From Planctomycetota bacterium (GTDB taxonomy: Bacteria > Planctomycetota > UBA11346), in the NCBI GenBank assembly GCA_038213805.1, contig JBBQSO010000084.1, positions 1-21,876 on the forward strand: 21,876 bases of DNA, written 5' to 3'. Below are positions 17,024 to 21,876 of this stretch, piece after piece. The translations under genes and the position numbers were made by a program. The first letter of the stretch is position 1. The number at the start of each line of letters is the position of its first letter. Under the pieces are notes generated by a model. It was not told the origin of the DNA, did no database searches, and saw nothing but the letters and a program-made list of their open reading frames with translations.

Positions 17024-18531
17024 GCGACGCCTCTCCCGACCAGCACGTGGACGAGCTGCTGGAGCAGCAGATCGCGGCCGTCGTCGCCGGTGCGCCGAGC
17101 GAGGTCGAGGGCCGCGCGCTCAATGCGCGGCTGCGCCACGACCCGGCCGCGCGCCGCCTGTACATCGAGCACCTCATGCTGCACGGTCAGCTGCAGTGGG
17201 AGCTGGCCCAGCCCGGCCGCGTCAGCGGCGGCCTGCCGGTGCCGCCGGCGCGCGAAAGCGATACCAGCCGTGGCGCGGATTCCGCAGCCCACCGCCGGCA
17301 CATGGCCCGCGCGCGCACCCGCACCCGCACACGCGCAATCGCCGCGGCCGCGCTCGCCGCCGGCCTGCTGGTCGCCTGGTCGTTGGGCCTGTTCGCACCC
17401 GGCCCGGCCGCGCGGCTGATCGAGACCAGCACGGCGCAGTGGCAGGGGGCCGCGCCGGGACGCGATCTGCGCCCGCAGCGCCTGCATCTCACCTCCGGGC
17501 TCGCCGCCCTGCGCTTCCGCGACGGCGCCAAGGTCATCCTGCAGGGCCCCGCCGAATTCGAGGTGCTTGGCGGCGCCGCCGGGCGGTTGATCTCCGGGCG
17601 CATGGTCGGGCGCGCGCCCGAAGGCGCCCACGGCTTCACCATCAACGCCGCAGGCATGGATGTGGTCGACCTCGGCACCGAGTTCGGCGTCGCCATCACC
17701 GCCGCGCGCCAGGCCGACGTGCAGGTCTTCGAGGGCGTGGTCGAGGTCGGCCGCCCCGGTCCGGCCGAGTCCAGCGACCGCCGCCGCCTGGGCATCGGCC
17801 AAGCGGTGCACATCGACGGCGAGCGCGGGCTGGTCGAGACCGCCGAGTTCGCGCCCACGGGTTTCGCGCGCGTCATGCCGGGCGAGCTCGAGGACCCCGG
17901 CCTGGACCGCGGTCTGGTCGCGTGGTGGACCTTCGCCGAGACCAGCGGCACCGTGGTCCGCGACGCCAGCGGGCACGGCCACTACGGCGAGCTGGTCGGC
18001 GCCGGCTTCACCATGGAGCGCGCCGGCGTGCCCGGCCGCGTCGGGCGCGCCCTGGCGTTCGACGGGCATTCGACCTTCATCAAGGTCGCGCACAGCGAGG
18101 ATTTCGAGCTGAACGCGCTCAGCATCCAGGCCTGGATCCGTCCCGAAGGCGTGCAGGAGGGCGATGCGCAGATCTTTTCGCGCAACCGCTGCTACGGCCT
18201 GGGCGTGGGCGGCAACCACTGGTTCAAGTGGTACTTCTGGGACCGCGACGCGCTGCTGCCGTGGGACTTCGCCACTGGGCGCTGGTATCATCTGGTGGCG
18301 ACCTTCGACGGCGCCCAGCGCGAATGCTGGATCGATGGCGTCAAGCTCGGCAGCCTGGCCAGCAACCCGCCGCCCTCGCGCAGCGGCGAAGTCATGATCG
18401 GCACCCTCGGCGCGCGCGACAGTTGCGTGTTCCATGGCGCGATCGACGACCTGCGCATCTACGATCGCGCGCTCAGCTCCGACGAGATCCGCGCCCTCTA
18501 CCTGCGCGGCGCGCGCCCGGCTGCGCCGTGA
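17020..18531 (+). CDS. Anti-sigma factor: PVC-type N-terminal domain, TM helix, FecR domain and LamG/concanavalin A-like domain
   Basis: ATGA overlap with the sigma gene. LRHDPAARRLY; TM IAAAALAAGLLVAWSLGLF; FecR LTSGLAALRFRDGAKVILQGPA...VVDLGTEFGV...VFEGVVEV; LamG LVAWWTFAE...ALAFDG...WYHLVATFDG...FHGAIDDLRIYDRALS. Confidence 0.9.
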   Translation: MSDASPDQHVDELLEQQIAAVVAGAPSEVEGRALNARLRHDPAARRLYIEHLMLHGQLQWELAQPGRVSGGLPVPPARESDTSRGADSAAHRRHMARARTRTRTRAIAAAALAAGLLVAWSLGLFAPGPAARLIETSTAQWQGAAPGRDLRPQRLHLTSGLAALRFRDGAKVILQGPAEFEVLGGAAGRLISGRMVGRAPEGAHGFTINAAGMDVVDLGTEFGVAITAARQADVQVFEGVVEVGRPGPAESSDRRRLGIGQAVHIDGERGLVETAEFAPTGFARVMPGELEDPGLDRGLVAWWTFAETSGTVVRDASGHGHYGELVGAGFTMERAGVPGRVGRALAFDGHSTFIKVAHSEDFELNALSIQAWIRPEGVQEGDAQIFSRNRCYGLGVGGNHWFKWYFWDRDALLPWDFATGRWYHLVATFDGAQRECWIDGVKLGSLASNPPPSRSGEVMIGTLGARDSCVFHGAIDDLRIYDRALSSDEIRALYLRGARPAAP

Positions 18532-18557
18532 AGCCATCAGGCTTGGTCGGATCCGCC

Positions 18558-18585
18558 GTTAACCTCGACCGCTGATCAGCGTATC
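18558..18585 (+). promoter_or_regulatory. Candidate ECF promoter GTTAAC-N16-CGTATC upstream of the DUF1553 gene
   Basis: Same -35-like hexamer as at 16400, with a CGT-starting -10, about 60 nt before ATG 18645 (16400 element ends about 57 nt before ATG 16487). Confidence 0.5.
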
Positions 18586-18644
18586 ATTGATGTGGCGCGA
18601 CACCCGGCGCCAGGCATTCCAACCGCCCCCACCGGTGCGAACCC

Positions 18645-21518
18645 ATGACCATGCGTCCCCGTGCCCCGCTCTCCTGGCTCTTCGCCGCTGCCGTCGCCGC
18701 CGCGCTGCCGTGCGGCGGCGCGCAGGCCGCTGACAGCCAGGGCGACGCCGCGACCGCGAAGTTCTTCCTCGAGGAGGTGCGTCCGGTCCTGCAGGACAAC
18801 TGCTTCAAGTGCCACGGCGGCGAGACCAAGATCAAGGGCGGCCTGCGCCTGACCGGGCGCGAGGCGGTGCTGACCGGCGGCGACACCGGCCCGGCCGTCG
18901 ATCTCAAGGATCCCGATTCCAGCCTGCTGGTGAAGATGATCCGTTGGACGGACGACGACCACCAGATGCCGCCCAAAGCCAAGATGGATCAGGCCAAGAT
19001 CGATGTCCTGGTCAAGTGGACGAAGCTCGGCGCGCCCTGGAGCGGCGCCGAGGGGCCTTCCAACGAAGAGCTCGCCGCGGCCGCGAAGAAAGCCGACGCC
19101 GAGGCGCGCGCGTACTGGTTCTACCAGAAGCTCACGCCTCCGGCGGTGCCCAAGGTCGCCGATGCGCAGTGGGCGGCGTCGCCGCTCGACGCCTTCGTGC
19201 GCGCGCGGCTCGACGCCAAGGGCATCAAGCCGGGCGCCGAGGCCGACCGCCGCACGCTGATCCGCCGCGCCACCTATGATCTCACCGGGCTGCCGCCGAC
19301 GCCGGCCGAGGTCGAGGCCTTCGTCAAGGACGCTGACACGCAGGCCTACGACAAGCTCATCGACCGCCTGCTCGCCAGCCCGCAGTACGGCGAGAAGTGG
19401 GGTCGCTACTGGCTCGACCTGGTGCGTTTCGCCGAGACCAACGGCTACGAGCGCGACGGCGAGAAGCCCAACGCCTGGCGCTACCGCGATTACGTGATCA
19501 AGGCCTTCAACGAGGACAAGCCCTACGACCAGTTCGTGCGCGAGCAGCTTGCCGGCGACCTCTTCGAGCAACCCACCGCCGACTCGATCACCGCCACCGG
19601 CTACTTCCGCCTGGGCACTTGGGACGACGAACCCGCCGACCAGGAGCAGAACCAGTTCGACTACTTCGACGGCATCGTCTCGACCACCGCCCAGGGCATG
19701 CTCGGCCTGTCGATGGGCTGCGCGCGCTGCCACGACCACAAGAAGGATCCGCTCAGCCAGGAGGACTACTACAAGCTGCTGGCGTTCTTCCACAGCATCA
19801 AGCCGCATGCCAATAATGGCGGGAACGTCGAGACCGTGATTGCGCGCGATGAAAGCCAGCGCGCGGCGTGGGCCGTCAAGGTCAAGGACCTGCAGGCGCG
19901 CCTCGACGCCATCGAGGTCGAGTTCGGCAAGAAGGCCGGCGGCGCGGCCGTGCGTGATTTCGAGGAGCTCTCTTACCGCTACTACCGCGGCGCGTTCGAG
20001 TCCCTGCCGAAGTTCGATGAGCTCAAACCCGAGAGCGAGGGCAAGCTGCCCGGCGGCCTGATCGACACCGCGCCGACCACGCGCGACAGCGATTTCGGCT
20101 TCGTCTACAGCGGCGCGCTGATCGTGCCGCAGGACGGCCGCTACACCTTCGTGCTCGACTCCGACGACGGCACGCGCCTGACTATCGCCGGGCGCGAGGT
20201 GGTGCTCTACGACGGCATCCATGGCACCGGTACGCCCCAGCAGGCTGATATCGCGCTTAAGAAGGGCCGCGTGCCGCTGCGCCTCGACTACTTCCAGCAC
20301 GTCGGCGGACGCGGCCTGACCCTGAGCTGGGCCGGTCCCGGTGTCAACGGGCGCAGCCTGAGCCGCGAGAAGGGCGAGGTCGGCTTCGGCGACCTGATCA
20401 CCGCACGCGGCGCCGAGGTGCTCGGCACGGCGGGCTTTGCGGCCTACCGCACGGCGCGCCGCGAGCTCGAACAGCTCAAGAAGGACCCGCCCGGCGAGCA
20501 GCGCGCGCTGAGCGCGATCGAGGGCGAGACGCGTGACACCTTCGTAATGGTGCGCGGCAATCCGCACGTCACCGGCAAGAAGGTGCTGCCGGGCTTCCCG
20601 CACATCCTCGGCTTCCCCGAACCCGCGCAGGACGGTCCCAAGCGCCGCCTGGTGCTCGCCGACTGGATCGCCAGCCCCGCCAACCCGCTGACCGGGCGCG
20701 TCATCGTCAACCGCCTCTGGCAGTTCCATTTCGGCAAGGGCATCGTCTCGACCGCGAACGACTTCGGGCACTTCGGCGAGCTGCCCAGCGACCAGGCGCT
20801 GCTCGACTGGCTGGCCAGCGACTTCGTAGCCAATGGCTGGAAGATCAAGCGTTTCCACAAGCAGCTGATGACCAGCCGCACCTACAAGCTGGCGTCCAGC
20901 GATGACGCGGGCGCACTCGCCAAGGATCCCCAGAACGACCTGCACTGGCGCTTCAGCATGCGCCGCCTGACCGGCGAGGAGATCCGCGACTCGATCCTCG
21001 CCGTTGACGGCACGCTCAATGCCAGCATGGGTGGGCCGAGCGTGTTCCCGCCGATGCCGGCCGAGGTGCTCGCGACCTCGTCGCACCCGGCCGACGTGTG
21101 GGGCCATTCATCCGCCGACGATTCCGCGCGTCGCAGCATCTACATCAAGGTGAAGCGTTCGCTGCTCTACCCGCTGCTCGCCGCCCACGACTTCGCCGAC
21201 ACCGACGCGAGCTGCCCGGTGCGCTTCGCCACCACCGTGCCGACCCAGGCGCTGACCATGCTCAACAGTACCCTGATGGCCGAGCAGTCTGCGGCCTTCG
21301 CGCGGCGCCTGCGCAAGGAGGCCGGCACCGAGCCCGCGCAGCAGGTGCGCCTGGCGCTTGCCCTCGCCACCCAGCGTGAGCCCACGGACAAGGAGGTCGC
21401 GCGCGGCCTCGGCTTCCTGCGCGACTTGAAGCAGAAGGACCGGCTCGCGGATGACCGCGCGCTCGAGACCTATTGCCTGATGGTGCTCAATCTCAATGAA
21501 TTCGTCTACCTCGACTGA
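18645..21518 (+). CDS. Planctomycete cytochrome c (PSCyt1) + DUF1549 (PSCyt2) + PA14 + DUF1553 (PSD1) protein
   Basis: Signal peptide; heme motifs CFKCHG and [52 protein letters not shown]14 [13 protein letters not shown]...LDYFQ...[58 protein letters not shown]. Confidence 0.93.
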   Translation: MTMRPRAPLSWLFAAAVAAALPCGGAQAADSQGDAATAKFFLEEVRPVLQDNCFKCHGGETKIKGGLRLTGREAVLTGGDTGPAVDLKDPDSSLLVKMIRWTDDDHQMPPKAKMDQAKIDVLVKWTKLGAPWSGAEGPSNEELAAAAKKADAEARAYWFYQKLTPPAVPKVADAQWAASPLDAFVRARLDAKGIKPGAEADRRTLIRRATYDLTGLPPTPAEVEAFVKDADTQAYDKLIDRLLASPQYGEKWGRYWLDLVRFAETNGYERDGEKPNAWRYRDYVIKAFNEDKPYDQFVREQLAGDLFEQPTADSITATGYFRLGTWDDEPADQEQNQFDYFDGIVSTTAQGMLGLSMGCARCHDHKKDPLSQEDYYKLLAFFHSIKPHANNGGNVETVIARDESQRAAWAVKVKDLQARLDAIEVEFGKKAGGAAVRDFEELSYRYYRGAFESLPKFDELKPESEGKLPGGLIDTAPTTRDSDFGFVYSGALIVPQDGRYTFVLDSDDGTRLTIAGREVVLYDGIHGTGTPQQADIALKKGRVPLRLDYFQHVGGRGLTLSWAGPGVNGRSLSREKGEVGFGDLITARGAEVLGTAGFAAYRTARRELEQLKKDPPGEQRALSAIEGETRDTFVMVRGNPHVTGKKVLPGFPHILGFPEPAQDGPKRRLVLADWIASPANPLTGRVIVNRLWQFHFGKGIVSTANDFGHFGELPSDQALLDWLASDFVANGWKIKRFHKQLMTSRTYKLASSDDAGALAKDPQNDLHWRFSMRRLTGEEIRDSILAVDGTLNASMGGPSVFPPMPAEVLATSSHPADVWGHSSADDSARRSIYIKVKRSLLYPLLAAHDFADTDASCPVRFATTVPTQALTMLNSTLMAEQSAAFARRLRKEAGTEPAQQVRLALALATQREPTDKEVARGLGFLRDLKQKDRLADDRALETYCLMVLNLNEFVYLD

Positions 21519-21565
21519 CATCTGATCGCCGTCCCGACCGCACCCCGTCCGCTTCGGAACCCGCC

Positions 21566-21876
<311 letters not shown>

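Noticed and set aside
16487..17031. Sigma and anti-sigma genes both begin ATGAGCGACGCC (MSDA)
   Set aside because: A 12-nt identity of common N-terminal codons with no further similarity, most likely coincidence.

Overview
High-GC bacterial DNA with a gene content typical of the PVC superphylum, most likely Planctomycetota. The first 10 nt match an Illumina adapter end, so this is probably a contig edge. On the + strand the window starts with a truncated HisKA_3 sensor kinase and a NarL-type response regulator. These are followed by a 1114-aa exported FlgD-Ig/NHL-propeller/CBM9-like protein, a GntR-HTH/LacI-type regulator, a serine hydrolase with five polyglycine-hydrolase-like repeats, and an HExxH metallopeptidase-like protein. 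A - strand block encodes a sugar ABC transporter (binding lipoprotein, ATPase, permease), a 54-aa basic small protein, an alpha/beta esterase and an orphan DUF1552 protein. Divergent from that block is a + strand module: ECF sigma, FecR-LamG anti-sigma, a cytochrome c/DUF1549/PA14/DUF1553 protein, and DUF1501 (truncated). The most notable signals are (i) a carbohydrate-sensing ECF-DUF1553/DUF1501 module facing the sugar ABC operon, with a symmetric GTTAAC-N17-CGTTAA element between them and a related copy before the DUF1553 gene, and (ii) a bacterial protein with the full fungal polyglycine hydrolase architecture. All family calls come from motif recognition by eye; no searches were run.
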